Source: Octopus sinensis
Lineage: Eukaryota
Assembly: GCF_006345805.1 (NCBI RefSeq)
Contig: NW_021832220.1
Coordinates: 1 to 64,000, forward strand
Direction: 5' to 3'
DNA length: 64,000 nt
Part shown: positions 13,325 to 28,623 of the stretch, in pieces
Layout of the letters: every line of letters begins with the position of its first letter
Position numbering within the stretch: the stretch's first letter is position 1
The notes under the pieces: generated by a model
What the model saw: the letters and a program-made list of their open reading frames with translations, nothing else
Told to the model about the DNA's origin: nothing
Databases searched by the model: none
Made by a program: the position numbers and the translations under genes

Positions 13325-16300
13325 CTGTTAAGTTATTTCTACTGCAAAAAAGAAAAAAAGTTTTATAGGAATAAATTAAGAATTCAAAAGGAAAAAAATC
13401 CTACTCAAACATTTCAGATGAGATAAAATATATAGAATTAACTATAAAATACTATATAGGCTGTTATGAAAGTCAGTATGGACTGGTAACATTGGACAAT
13501 CTTCCTTCCTACTTACTATAAGACAGAACTTTCTGAATAGTGTATCAAGTGAAAAATTACCTTGAATTCTTTTAATAGTGCAGCCTACCTTATGATGAGC
13601 CATGTCTCATGCAACTAATTTCTCGGAAAAGGTTGCCCAGGTTTGCTATATGCCATAGCAGCGAGCTCATTATTATCCTCAATGCAGTCCAGAACTAATT
13701 CATATTCTAATCTTTTCTATTTCCATCTTGTTTCACCCACATGAAAGAAAAGCATTCAGACCTTGTTAATTATTGTGCTATCATCCTTACAAAACTTGAA
13801 AATTTCTTCTCTTGAAGTCACTAACAGTACATTCAAAGATACTAAAATTAATTGGTAATCTACAAAACAAAATGATTGAAATACATGTCAAAACACCAAA
13901 GCTATTTTACTCAATATAACATAAAAGCATCCAGGTCAGACCTTTTCCTAAAGTACAAGCCCAAAATTAATTACATGGATCCAAAATGACTACACAAGCT
14001 GGACCATATCTTCTTGTGCATTAATCTGTTCATTTTCCATCTCACCCTTCATCAATAACCATAAACCAATACAAATATATGCAGATGACATACTTCCATT
14101 CTTCAGACATTTTATCTGTAGCAGATATCTCCATTACATCTGCCACTTAACAGCTCATATTGCAATAATGTTTAATGACATCAAAAACAAATCTTAATCA
14201 CATTATACAGTTATTGACTGCTTGCCCACTTACACATTAAATCAAGAGCAGGTTATTCAGTTAGTCAAACAAGTGAATCCTCCTTGTCAAAGGACAAAGA
14301 TCAACCACCTCCACATACAGTTTGATTTCCCAATCATTATCAGGTGTTTCATTAGTACCAGGCTCGATTTGAACTAGAAACCATTAAGCCATACAGCACC
14401 TAAAAACAATCTCTTTCACTAAAATAAGGCAACATCACTAATAAAAAAACTTTTATCAAGAAAATTTCAAAGGTTTATAATTTTCCAAATCACTCTATTC
14501 TTTAAAGGTCCAATGCATTTTGATATTTACAATTACATTTCAATTGGTTTGACCTCATCATAATCAGGTATATTCCTGACTGGATTCAAACTAAGAACCT
14601 TTATTTCTAAAGTACATGGAACACACTTTAATCTTTCATCATTTGATACAAGATCACCTCCTCAAATGCCCCCCACTCTCAAAGATTCTTTGCCTTGCAA
14701 GTTACTTGGTGATTCCTGCCAGTGTTTGACATTTGGAAGGGCATCCGACTATACAAACCATGCCAAAACAGATGCAGAGGTCTAGTGCAGTCTTCTGTCT
14801 GGCCAGCTCCTGTCACACTGACCAACCCATGTCAGCATGGAAGGCAGACGTATGATGATGATGGATCAGAACTCTGGTGGTTGATGCTGTTCTTACTTTT
14901 AGTTTAGAAATAAAGGTTTCTAGTTCAAATCGAGCCTGGTACTAATGAAACACCTGATAATGATTGGGAAATCAAACTGTATGTGGAGGTGGTTGATCTT
15001 TGTCCTTTGACAAGGAGGATTCACTTGTTTGACTAACTGAATAACCTGCTCTTGAATTAATGTGTAAGTGGGCAAGCAGTCAAATCACAGACATATGTAC
15101 CCTTAATGTAATTCTCAGAACCAGTATGACACAAAATAGGATGAATTACAAGTACAAGTCACTTAATGGGCTACTATACAGTTACTACCTTCCTAATATC
15201 AGTCACAAGGTATGGGTTGACTGGAGGCTTTAGAAAATAACATTTATCTAAGAAACCACACAGTGGGATTGAATACCTGACCATGTGCTTGCGAAGCTAA
15301 CTCCTTAACCATTAAGCCATACAGCACCTAAAAAATTGTATGTAACGCAATGAAAAAGATAATAATTTTCACCTGTACAGATGAGGTTGGGATTCCTAAC
15401 TGTATTAACAGCGACTGATATAAGAAAAATTGGGCTTCTGCATTAGCAGTAAGAAAATACTTGAGGTTTCAAGCTGCTGTTAAATTACAGCTAGTTCTGA
15501 ATGATTTTGATCAAACCAACTCTATTCCAGAACCTTCTGGATTTAATTGTATTACATATAACGTTCCTTTCAATTCTTAATACCCAGTCTCAAAACATAT
15601 CTATTCCACTTTTTGTTTTTAAAAACTTTGCATCCCACCCCACTTCATCTTCATAGCCTTGCAAACTTCTTGATGGCCTCAGCACATACTGTGAAGTTGT
15701 TGGAATTAGGAAGAGCATCCAGCCACAGAAACCATGCCAAAGCAGTCCTTTGGCCCATCAGAACTTGTCCAGCTCAGGCCAGCATGGATGATGGATTTTA
15801 AATTATGATGACTGCATTTGTTGAACAAAGGCAATGTTAGTAACATGTTTCCAATGGGACAATCGTTGGTCCACAACATTTCTAATGAGAGTGACAAGAG
15901 ATTGTCTGCAGAATTTGGTGCAAAAAAATACAAGACATTTTTATTTGAAAGCACTGCGCTTTCATTTTCACACTTCATCCCTACACATTCCAACCCCACC
16001 ATCCCTATATGTTCCATCCCACCCCTTAGACACCACACCGCACACACTAGCACTGACCACTTCCCAGCAGCTACACCATCATCCACACACCTACACATGC
16101 ACATATCAAGGTCACATACATGCTCTCATATACGCCTTCGTTTTGGGATCACCACTACTTTATTATCTCCCCTTCTTCTTAGCTCCCCTGTGTGACCCCT
16201 CTACCTGGCATTCGCCATGATAGATCGCTAGCCATTTTTTCTATTTCTCTCCCTGTTTATTTCTGTGTTCCAAGGGGATACACACAGAGAGGACACACAA

Positions 16301-17568
16301 GGACAGACAAACGGATTAAGTCGATTATATCGACCCCCAAAAGGATGAAAGGCAAAGTCAACCTCAGCGGAATTTGAATTCAGAACATAGTGGCAGATGA
16401 AATACCGCTAAGCATTTCACCAGGTGTGCTTATGTTTCTGCCAGCTCACCACCTTCTGTGTTCCTTTCTATATGTTAGGGATTTCGTACATGGAAACCGA
16501 AAGAAGACTGTCGTATACATGTGTATATTTGTGTGTGTCTGTACCGCTACCATCGCTTGACAACCAATGTTGTTGTGTTTACGTCTCCATAAAATAGCCG
16601 TTTGGCAAAACACACTGATAGAATAAGTACTAGGCTTACAAAGAATAAATCCTGGGGTCGATTTCTTTGACGACAGGTGATGCTCTATCATGGCTGCAGC
16701 CACATGACCGAAACAAGTAAAACAATAAAAAACTATGCCATTTTAACCCCGAGCAACGCCGGGTATCTTTGCTAGTATATAATACAACCATACCACATTG
16801 GATCAAGATATCTTAATACTATTAACTTTCTCTTACAAGAAAATTTCTTGCGTTTAATTTACTTTAGCAGATTCAAAATTTGAAAATCTGAAGACTGTCT
16901 TTAAAAAAGTCATAATGAAGAGATGGGTTTAAAATTCCATGCTAAAACAAATAAGTGCTCAGAAGTGTTCATAAAAACTTAAAGAAGTGCTAAAAAATAA
17001 GATTGACCGATCATTCAATTTCGAAGAGACACTGATCACATTTGTAAGTAATAAAATAAAATAACGAGCTTTATTCGCTGTCAGAAAAAAATCACTATAA
17101 TGCTGAAGTGAGAACTAAACCTATAAAAAAAAGAGCAAAAAACAACAAGGGAAATAACTTCGAATGACTTTATCAACAGAAATGTAGCTTTCGGCTTTGC
17201 TTGATGGAATGCTAGCAATATTGACTTCATATAGTGAATTGACTTTTCTTGTTATATAAAGGTAAGGTGAAACTAAAATACATGAAAGCTGAATCAAGGA
17301 ATTTTTTTTCCCATTTGTAGAAAGTAATATAATTTCATTAAAATCTGTGACTGAATGTGCTGGGCTATAGTTTAAAATCTCATTTCAAATCTTGTTACAA
17401 TTATATGCATGACGTAATTAGTTTGCTTGCTTCTATTTGTATAAACCGAATAAAAAAACCACTTAAATGATAGAAAGATAAATTAGAAAACAATTCTAGT
17501 CTGCAAGTCAAACAAATTAAATAAATAAATACATTGAAGTATAAATATTCATAGAATAGATTACTTAC

Positions 17569-17638
17569 GTTAAAGTTTCCTTAAAAGGATTGTTAGAAGG
17601 CACAAGTAGCAGAGAGCACAAATCTTGAACCTGTTCGT
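17569..17638 (-). CDS. TICRR: Candidate small Treslin exon
   Basis: Strong acceptor tctttcttgctgtctttcag| and donor |gtaagt flank 70 nt that are open in one frame (EQVQDLCSLLLVPSNNPFKETL, phase 1 to 2). I recognise no homology, and the phases do not join directly to the neighbouring exons. Confidence 0.35.
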
Positions 17639-18344
17639 CTGAAAGACAGCAAGAAAGACCAAGTTAATAGAGTTTAAAGATGAGAATGAAAGTTTAAAAC
17701 TTCAGAATTTAATAGTTTATACAATAGGAATAATGATCTCAGGTTCAAATTCATGACCTCCACATCAGACAGTGATTGGTGGAGAGAACATGCTGAGGTT
17801 TTCATCCAGTAGGCAACTGAATCAAATTGAATCCAATAAAAGTAGTGAAATTTAATGCCTTCTCTTTCAACATCAATTATCGTAAATGCATAGCAAATAG
17901 TTGTTTGTTTATTACCTCTTTTGTTACTGTAGTTCTGTCTGCGTTTCAATTTTTTAAATAATGAAGAATTTAGTAAAATAACTGTAATTATTAAGATAGT
18001 GTTTGGAACATTAATTATTAGGAAATTTTGATGAAAGGTTTTAATTTAGATCACTTTAAAATAGGAAGTTTGTATTATAGAGACAGGGGCAGTTCCAGAC
18101 AGGTGAATAAATGAAAAGGCATTACATTATTAATAATGGCAAGAAATACACTGGTAATGGGACACTAATTTAATATTAAAGCTAATATATTATCACATCA
18201 TCATCATTAAATGTTCATTGTCCATGCTGGCATGGGTTGGATTGTTTGACCAGAACTGGCAAGCTACAACACACTCCAGTCTGAACTTGGCTTGGTTTCT
18301 ATGGCTGGCTGCTTTTACATGGCATCATCATGAATGCTCTACAC

Positions 18345-21182
18345 CAGGGGTCTCCAAAGTACGGCCTGCCAAGGTTTTTAATCCGGCCCGCCGAGCTGTC
18401 CTCCAAAATTATAAAACAAATGTCGAAAAACAAGCCTTGCCGAAATCATACAAAAACAAATATACTTTACACCCCTTTTAATACGTTTGACAAATATAGT
18501 ACAGCAAATAGACGCAAGACGACGCTAATTGATTTGCCATCAATTAATGTCTTTAAATTGCGCCGGCGAATTAAAAATTTATACACTAAACTTTAGTGTA
18601 AATATAGGTTCTTTTCCACTCCACTCCCCCCGTTTTAACTGACCCATCAGAACCACCATAAAATGAATTAACTTCGCTATGGAGCTACCTATCATTCATC
18701 TTAGATAATAGGCGATTGTCAGTGAGATGGATGGTGCTGCTTACAATGAAGCAGAGATTCAATTTCTAGCTTTATTGATGTCGCAGAAAAGTCAACCTAT
18801 TCCGTCAACTGTCGAGAGAGCAGATACGACAAGTATGACGTTAATAAAAGTCCCGTGCCTAGTATAATAAAAGACAAATATCGATTTATCGATGTTACCT
18901 ACATCTCACGAGCGATGAATAGAGAGGGTTGAGCCTGACGTTGTGTGGTGGTTCTAATCCTGGTGCAGTCGCCAATCAGCGTGGAGTAAAGTTCGATGCG
19001 CATTCCGTCAGTCAGCACAGACTTGGCGTTTTCGTTGTGCACAAGTGTGAGTCATTTGTCGTCGTCGCTGCCGAAGTGAATGCACGTATCGAGTGACCTG
19101 TGAATATTGTTTTTACTTGTTTCGTCCTTTTACATATATCGTCGAGCAAAATCTGTCGACCCATGGTAAAAATGTTAGCTCAAGGAAGAAAACGAAAAAT
19201 CGACTCTGAGTGTAGAGTTTTTAAGGAACAATGGAACATAGACTATTTTGTCATAGAGTCAAACAACAAGGCACTATGCGTTATATGCACCGACACAATT
19301 GCAGTACTTAAAGAGTACAACATTCGGAGACATTATGAAAAAAAGCATTCATCACAGTACTACCAATTCATTGGACAGCTACGTAAGAGAAATTTGACAA
19401 ATTAAAGAGAATTTATCATCAATGCAGTTTGTTTTCAAGAAGAAGGCTGTAGAAAAAGAGAGAGCAACAAGAGCAAGCTTCCATGTTGCTAACCTTTTGG
19501 CGAAGAAAGGTAAGCCATTTACAGATGGTGAACTTATTAAAAAGTGCTTGAATGAGGTAGCTAAGGAAATGTGTCCAGAAAACGTAGATTTATTTTCCGC
19601 AATTAGTCTTTCTGCGAACACTGTTGCTCGTAGGGTTGAACATATTGAAAGAAATATTAAATCACAGCTAAAAGACAAAGCCAGCAAGTTTGTATGCTTT
19701 TCTGTTGCACTTGATGAGTCAATTGATGTATCAGACACATCCCAATTGTTATTGTTCATCAGAGGAATAAATGCCAATTTTGAGATTACTGAGGAACTTG
19801 TATCTGTGCACAGCATGCATGGAACAACAACAGGCATAGATATTTTTAGAGAAGTGGAAAAGTCAGTGGCTGAGTATAATTTGGAATGGAAAAAACTAAA
19901 ATGCATAACAACAGATGGTGGCAGAAATATGTGTGGAACCAAAAAGGGCTTAGTTGGGCAAATTAACAAAGTAATTGAGAATTCCGGTGGATTGAAACCT
20001 TTGGTATTGCATTGTATTCTTCATCAGCAAGCACTGTGTGGAAAGCATCTTGATTTATCATCTGTATTAGATCCTGTGATTTCCACTGTTAACTACATAA
20101 GATCTCATGGACTCAAACATCGCCAATTTCGTGATTTCTTGGAGGAAATGAATGCTGAGTTTCCAGACCTACCTTACTATACTTCAGTAAGATGGCTTAG
20201 CTATGGAAAAATTCTGGCTAGATTTTTTGAGCTTCGAACTGAAATTGAAATATTTTTAAATGAGAAAAACCATTCACAGGTGTTGCTCAAAGACAGTGAA
20301 TGGCTCTGGAAATTAGCATTTTCAGCCGATTTAACTATGCATCTCAATGATTTCACCTACGGATACAAGGTGAAACTTCACTCATCTGTGATTTGTACTC
20401 AAAGGTGAAAGCTTTTCGTAAGAAATTAATACTATTTGAAAGTCAGTTAACAAGAAGCTGCTTTACTCATTTTTCACGATGTGACAAAATAGACAGGAAG
20501 CTGCCACTCCATTTCCAAACTTGTTTGCTCAAGATGTCATTTTAGCTTTGAAACAACAGTTTGAAGAACGTTTTTCTGATCTTGATGCATGTTCTTCAAA
20601 ACTAAGAATTTTTGAAAATCCATTTAACTCTGTTATTGGAGACTTACCTTCTGAGTTACAAATGGAAGTTATTGATTTGCAATCCAATGACATCCTGAAG
20701 GACAAATATAAGAGATAGAGAAATTTGATTGAATTCTAAAATGCCTTCCATCCGACCAATTTCTTCATTTAAGGAGGTTTGCCTGTGAATTCATTTCAGT
20801 TTTTGGCACCACATATTTGTGTGAGAAGACTTTTTCAAAGATGAAATACACAAAATCCTGCTACAGATCACAATTGTCTGATGAACATTTAAATGCATTG
20901 CTTGTTATTGGAACCACTCATTTTGAACCTCAGTTGGACAAAATTTTGTCAGAAATGAAACAATTTCATGTTTCCCCTATTGATCAAAGTTAAAAAAAAC
21001 ATGTTAATTGTTACTGATATTATATACATTGTGATTATGTACTGAATAAATAACCTTTTTTAATTATTAATTCACTATTTATTTATATTATTTTGGTAAA
21101 ATAAATAATTTAGAACCTTGGCCCCCGTAGCTTTAAAAATTCAGCAATGTGGCCCTCCGCTGGAAAACTTTGGAGACCCCTG
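18345..21182 (+). mobile_element. hAT DNA transposon (Charlie/SPIN/GTF2IRD2-like transposase), full length, frameshifted
   Basis: 16-bp perfect TIRs CAGGGGTCTCCAAAGT and a perfect 8-bp TSD CTCTACAC (18337-18344, 21183-21190). ORF pieces from 19163 to ~20990 include a zinc finger (CVIC..RRHYEKKH), FSVALDES, TTDGG, HCILHQQALC and VRWLS. Confidence 0.93.
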
Positions 21183-22289
21183 CTCTACACCACCAGAAGG
21201 ACTGATCTTAACACTTCTGCAGAGTATGAGTCTTCTTCAGTACAGCAAGGCACCAGACACCTTGGTCCTTTGTCATCTCGCCTGACCACAGTTCATGGAA
21301 ATACTGGTTTCTAATTTTTTGGGCCAGCAATTTTGGGAGGAGGAGTTCAGTTGATTACATTAACCAGCTGGTATTTATTTTATCGGCACAAGAAAATGAA
21401 AGGTAAAGTTTACCACTGCAGAATTTGGACTCAGAAAGTAAAGACAGACAAAATGCCACCGAGTCTGCCAGATGCAATCTTAAAAGTTTGTGGAAATATT
21501 GATTGTTAAACATTGGTCCAAGCTCAGGCATTTAATGGAAGAGTACAGTTCATTATAATGACTTCAGCGAGATTTGAACTTAGAATGTATAGAGATGTAA
21601 GTCAGTACTGTAAGGCATTTAATCTACTGTTTCTTCCACTAACCACTTCGATATAATATAATGAAATAGAGTTCTAACAAAAGTACAACCCACAAATTTT
21701 GGAGGATGATCATTAAGTGACACATGATGACTGGTAATAAAGATGAGAGATGGAGCAAGACGGTGGTAGGTATAAACAGCAAGTGGCTTGAGAAGAGGAA
21801 GTGAAGACGGGTGATGATGAAAAGCATCAGATAAGAACAGTTCCTCATACATAGGTGCCTTGATGGTGGTAGAGGTAGAGTGATCGAGACGGTGGTGGAA
21901 TATGCATAAGTTCAATGCTATCTCTCATTGAATGGACAAAGTGCAATGAACAGGAGAGGGCGACAGAGAGATGAGAAACGGACAAATTCATTGCCATCTC
22001 TAGTTACACATGCAGAGCAGTACAGTGGAGAGGAGAAGCCCACTGCTACCTCTTACTACACAGGCAGCATAGAACAATAGATACAAGCAAGATTTTTCTT
22101 CACCTCTGATTGACAAATTTTACCATCCACCCACCTTTTACTAAGTAAATATAATCTTCCACTAAGTTGTCCCCTTTCTTTATTTTGTTAACTGTAGAAA
22201 CAAACTACAAAAAGGAACAAGGATATTTTATCAACTGTGAAAGAAAATAAATATAAAAACGAACAATAATATTTAAGTGAGAAGCTTAC

Positions 22290-22690
22290 CTTTGTGATAA
22301 GTTAATGTTAACTGGTGTAACACTAGAGTTGTTTGGTTTGGAGATGAAATAGTCAAGTAAACAGGTTACAGGGAGGATACATCTTGATGGTTGATTATAA
22401 CATATGTTACCAATACTATCTGGAGAATGAGGGATATCATTGATTTTTGGTGTGTCTTCCTTATCAGCTGTACCACTCATACTTTGGAAACCTGCAGGCT
22501 GTTCACTTGGTTTTGGATGTTCATTTTTTGTTAGAGAAGACTTTTCCTCAATCTGCCTTGTAACTGTATGTACAGAGGACCAGTATGTTTTGCCAGTATT
22601 TACTAAGGCATCTAATGGAATAAGTTTTCCTCCAAGTTGAGTTAAAGCTTCAGATACAATATTGATTGAATCTGCCATTTCACTGGAAAT
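22290..22690 (-). CDS. TICRR: Treslin internal exon
   Basis: Acceptor tttctttttag|ATT (phase 0) and donor CAAAG|GTAAGC (phase 2). The open frame ISSEMADSINIVSEALTQLGGKLIPLD..RCILPVTCLLDYF is consistent with Treslin (ELLHHGGGTVLP..MLPTDATL). Confidence 0.72.
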
Positions 22691-23039
22691 CTAAAAAGAA
22701 ATTTAAAAAGAATATTTAAAAGAAATTGAACACTGCTGTTATTTATAACTTTCCCATACACACACCAAACTCTTCACCTCTTTGTTGCTAGATTGCTTTT
22801 GAAATGCACTGCTGTTATTTCCACTAACTTTGAAAATAGCAACAAGGCCATTCTAAAAATAACCATATCCTCAAAATCTTAAAGTTACGAAATATTGCAG
22901 CATTAATTAAAAAATAATGTGAATAAATAAGCATCATATTTGACAGAGTGATCTGAAAGCTCAAGTTTGTATTAAGGAACCAGAGTTGGTCTTGGACAGG
23001 TTTGTATCAAAAGCATTAAGGAACAGTGTCATATAACTA

Positions 23040-23470
23040 GCTCCTGTGCTGAGGGCACATTAAAAGCACCCTTTGAACGTTGGGGAGTATACCATGCTTG
23101 AGAAGACCCATCAAGCCACAGGAAATTGTAGTTGCAACTGATGCCAGTGTTGCGTAACTGGCACCCATGCTGGTGGCCCGTAAAAGGCACCCTTTCAACT
23201 TTGGGCCTCACAGAGGCAGTGACAAGTGGCCAAGACCTCTGGCAATATACTGTGTTTGAGAAGTCATGGCTAATGATGGTGTTTCACAACTGGTACCTGT
23301 GCTGGTGGTGTGTAAAAAGCACCCACTACACTCTTGGAATGGTTGGCATGAGGAAGGGCATCCAGCTGTAGAAACCATGCCAAATGAGATTGGAACATGG
23401 TGCAGCTCCCAGTTTACTAACCATCCAACTCATGTCAACACAGAAAATGGATGTTAAATGAGGATGGTGA
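23040..23470 (+). repeat. Dispersed RTE 3'-tail/SINE copy (representative)
   Basis: Shares TGGTTGGCRTTAGGAAGGGCATCCAGCTGTA and a (GAT)n end with the RTE 3' UTR. Further copies at ~10605-10785, 14690-14870, 15690-15815, 31425-31640(-), 57315-57380(-), 59755-60000 and 60570-60790. Confidence 0.75.
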
Positions 23471-24295
23471 CTGTGCTTCAAAGTAGATATATATATATAT
23501 ATATATAACAAAAAAAAAAAAGTTCAAATTTATATTTGAATGCTGAAACTTCACATATTACAAGAAAGGGGATAACTTAGTGGAAGATTATATTTCACTT
23601 TTCTAGTCTCAAGTAAGTGTTGACTGAGGATTGAAAAAGTGATTCTAGTTGTTGTAATACAGTTTCAAAATATATTGGCTATGCTGAGTTATTACTTTCT
23701 TGGTAATAGTTGAGTACATTGACCCTAGCACTTACTTTATAAACCCTAGATGGATTGAAAGCAAAGTGGATCTGGGTAAGAGTTGAACTCAAAACAAAAA
23801 GACAACAATGATGTCATTGTCATCACCATCTCACATCCACTTTCCATAAAATGCATTCTATGTTGCTAAGGATGGACTGCATTCTATACAGCACAGACTG
23901 TAATTCTAAGTTGTTGAGGATCACATCTCATTTGCATGTTCCATTTTGGAATGGTTTCTACAGCTAGGTGCTCTTCCCAACACCAACCACTTTACAGTGT
24001 ATTGGGTGCTCTTTACTCTGGCTACCAACACTAGATGAGATCCTATCAAACCTCCATTACTACCACTCATTTGCCAACCAGTTGACAGAGTGCCCATGGT
24101 TTTAGTTATCATGGCGTGGTGACAAAGAGAGTAAGAGAGAATGAAAGGGAGATAGGGTGTAAAGGATGTTGGTGGCATATGCACAAGTCTAATGTCATCA
24201 CTCATTACATGGGTGATGTAATGCAGTGAATAGGATATATAATATATATATATATATATATATAATATATATATATATATTTATTATATAGAAGG

Positions 24296-24346
24296 AGCTT
24301 CTACAGGACTAGAACTGTTTCATTCAAGAGAAATCTTCAGGAAGCT
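24296..24346 (-). ncRNA. Candidate type-I hammerhead ribozyme (mirror copy, sense to TICRR pre-mRNA)
   Basis: Exact reverse complement of 30452-30502. Confidence 0.7.
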
Positions 24347-26130
24347 AGTTAACAAGAATTGTATTGGCATTTATACATTTAGGCAGGTTTAACGGGGTGT
24401 AGGTGGGGGACTTTTTTGGGGGGTAGGCATGGCGCAAAATATCATACTTGGGGGAGTGGTCAAGGAGTCAGTGTTAAATTAGATAGAAGAATAAATAAAA
24501 AAATAATAAAAAAATAAAAAAATAAAAAATAAAATAAAAAAATAAAAAAAACCTATATATAAAAAAAACCTATATATAAAAAAAAAAAAGGGGGAATAGA
24601 GTTTTAGGTAAATAAGGAGATTCTCACTTATACCTATGCACACATGTATACATACATACACACACATACAAACATATATACATATACATACACACACATA
24701 CATATACATATATATACACACTTACACATACACATACATATACATATCTACACATACACATATATGTATACATACACACACTCACATGCATACACGTATA
24801 CACACATGTATATATACACACACGACCTCACATACATATACGCACAGAAAAATATATATACACACATACACACACATACTCACATACACGCATACACACA
24901 CATATCCACACACACACATGCACACACAGCACACTAGTCCCTATATACACAATATATACACATACACACACATATACACACACATACATACATATACATA
25001 CATGTATATATATACATATGTGTACCTATGCAAACCTACACATACACACATATATATACACATATAAATACAGACCCATTCCCTAATTTTAATTTTATTA
25101 TCTTCGTTTATTACTTTTGTTATCTTTGGCCGGCTTGGTCACAAACATCTTGGCTATGACAGCCAGTCCATTTATCTGTCTACTGGAAAACAAGCACTCA
25201 TCCACTCACGCACACTCTTTAGCACGTACTCTCACTCATTCGTACACTCATACACATACACACGCCCGCACCGTTATATTCATACATACATCCATCTACA
25301 TACATTCACGTATATACACATACGTAGGCGTACCTACAGATTTATGTCTACACTCTTAGAAGGCTAGTCTATATATATACACCAATAAATATAAATACAC
25401 ACACATACATATACACCTACATACAAATACATACATGTATATATATATATATTATATATATATATATTCACATATATATATACACATATATACACATACA
25501 CATATATACACACACATACGCATACACAAACACACATATACATATATATAACACACACGCACATACACATGTACATGCGTACCCATACACACACACACAC
25601 ACACACACGCGCGCATCCATATATACACATAAGTACACACATGCGTAAAAGTATACATATATCTATGCTTACACATACACCACACACACGTGCCTCCTTA
25701 TATTCATACTTACATGCATACTCAAAAAAGAAGTAAATAGTAAAATATATATACGCGCAGTTATTCGTACATGCATACTCAAAAATAAATAATAAATATA
25801 AGTATATGTACGTGCAGTTACCTATTATATAGACGATACATACATATAAACTTACACACACATATATATATATATATTATACATATACATACATATACAC
25901 ATACACATACACATACATATATACATACATATATATTACACACACACCACATACACATACATATATACATATATATACATACCTACCACATGTACATATA
26001 AATACACACATAGATAACTCTACGTACCTACATATGCATAAACACACACGAGCGTACGCGCATATGTACATATACACTACACATACACACGCATATATAT
26101 ACATACATACATACACATACACACATATAT

Positions 26131-26164
<34 letters not shown>

Positions 26165-26187
26165 CATAAATACATACATACACATAT

Positions 26188-26219
<32 letters not shown>

Positions 26220-26512
26220 ATACACATATATATACATATATACATATATACACACACATACCTAATATATACACACACACACACACACCTACATACACAC
26301 ATACATACACCATATACTACATATACACACCCATATACACATATACATATACATATACACATACACACACACATATATACATGTGTGCAAACATACATAC
26401 ATTCTCATACAAGCAGACACACTTACATTTACATATATACACACACTTTTACACACATATATACATACACATACATACTACTATATACATACATACGTAT
26501 ATGCATACATAC

Positions 26513-26547
<35 letters not shown>

Positions 26548-26933
26548 CATACATACATACACATACACATACCCATACATATATATACACACATATACAT
26601 ATACACATGCACATACTTATATCTCTACATACTCGCATATACATATATATGTATATATATATATATATATATATCTACATATACACACACATACATATAC
26701 CTATATACATGTATATATACACACGCACACATATATACACATCTACAGTTTGTATCTACACTCACATACCTGCACATACACGTAACTCTACATACCTACA
26801 TATACATCGATATACTCGCGTACACTCATATATATACACATATATACATATACACACACACATACATATACATATACATACATATACATAAACATACACA
26901 TACATAATACACATATACACACACATACATATA

Positions 26934-27003
<70 letters not shown>

Positions 27004-27450
27004 TATGTATATATATATATATATATATACATACATACATACACATATACATACATGTACATATACACATACACCCACCATATATATACACACACATACA
27101 TATATCACACATTGAGGGTAAAGTTATTAGTTATTAATCAATTTCACCAAGTGTTCAGTATGTAAAAGGACCATTATTTTTATGAGTAAACAATGTCTGA
27201 GGGAAAATATTCTCTAAGTTTTTTAGCCTCTTCCACTACTTAGAGAATATTTTCCCTCAGACATTGTTTACTCATAAAAATAATGGTCCTTTTACATACT
27301 GAACACTTGGTGAAATTGATTAATAACTAATTAACTTTACCCTCAATTGTTGATATATGTATGTGTGTGTATATATATGTGGGTGTATGTGTATATGTAC
27401 ATGTATGTATATGTGTATGTATGTATATTATATATATATATATATACATA

Positions 27451-27514
<64 letters not shown>

Positions 27515-27779
27515 TATATGTATGTGTGTGTATATGTGTATTATGTATGTGTATGTTTATGTATATGTATGTATATGTATATGTATATGTATGTGTGTGT
27601 GTATATGTATATATGTGTATATATATGAGTGTACGCGAGTATGTCGATGTATATGTAGGTATGTAGAGTTATGTGTATGTGCAGGTATGTGAGTGTAGAT
27701 ACAAACTGTAGATGTGTATATATGTGTGCGTTTGTGTATATATACATGTATATAGGTATATGTATGTGTGTGTATATGT

Positions 27780-27830
<51 letters not shown>

Positions 27831-27927
27831 TATGTATATGCGAGTATGTAGAGATATAAGTATGTGCATGTGTATATGTATATGTGTGTATATATATGTA
27901 TGGGTATGTGTATGTGTATGTATGTTG

Positions 27928-27964
<37 letters not shown>

Positions 27965-28162
27965 GTATGCATATACGTATGTATGTATGTATGTATGTAT
28001 ATGTGTATGTATATTGTGTGTAAGTGTGTGTATATATGTAAATGTAGTGTGTCTGCTTGTATGAGAATGTATGTAGTTTGCACACATGTATATATGTTAT
28101 GTATGTGTGTATGTATGTGTGTGTGTGTGTTATATATGTGTATGTGTGTGTATATATGTATC

Positions 28163-28214
<52 letters not shown>

Positions 28215-28517
28215 GTAATGTGTATGTTCTGTAGATGTATATATATATATATATATATATATTATAGGGTGTGTGTGTGATATGTGTGTATGTGTATGTA
28301 TGTATATGTATATATATATATTATAATATCTAATATATGTGTGTGTGTGTATATATGTGTGTAAGTGTGTGTATATATGTAAATGTAAGTGTGTCTGCTT
28401 GTATGAGAATGTAGTATGTTTGCAGCACACATGTATATAATTGTATGTATGTGTGTATGTATGTGTGGTTGTGTGTATATATATGTGTATGTGTGTGTAT
28501 ATATGTATATATATGTG

Positions 28518-28549
<32 letters not shown>

Positions 28550-28576
28550 ATATATATATGTGTATTGTGATGTATG

Positions 28577-28623
<47 letters not shown>

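Noticed and set aside
15373-15480. Possible TICRR exon ending CAG|GTGAAA
   Set aside because: No acceptor gives the required phase without a stop, and I recognise no homology.
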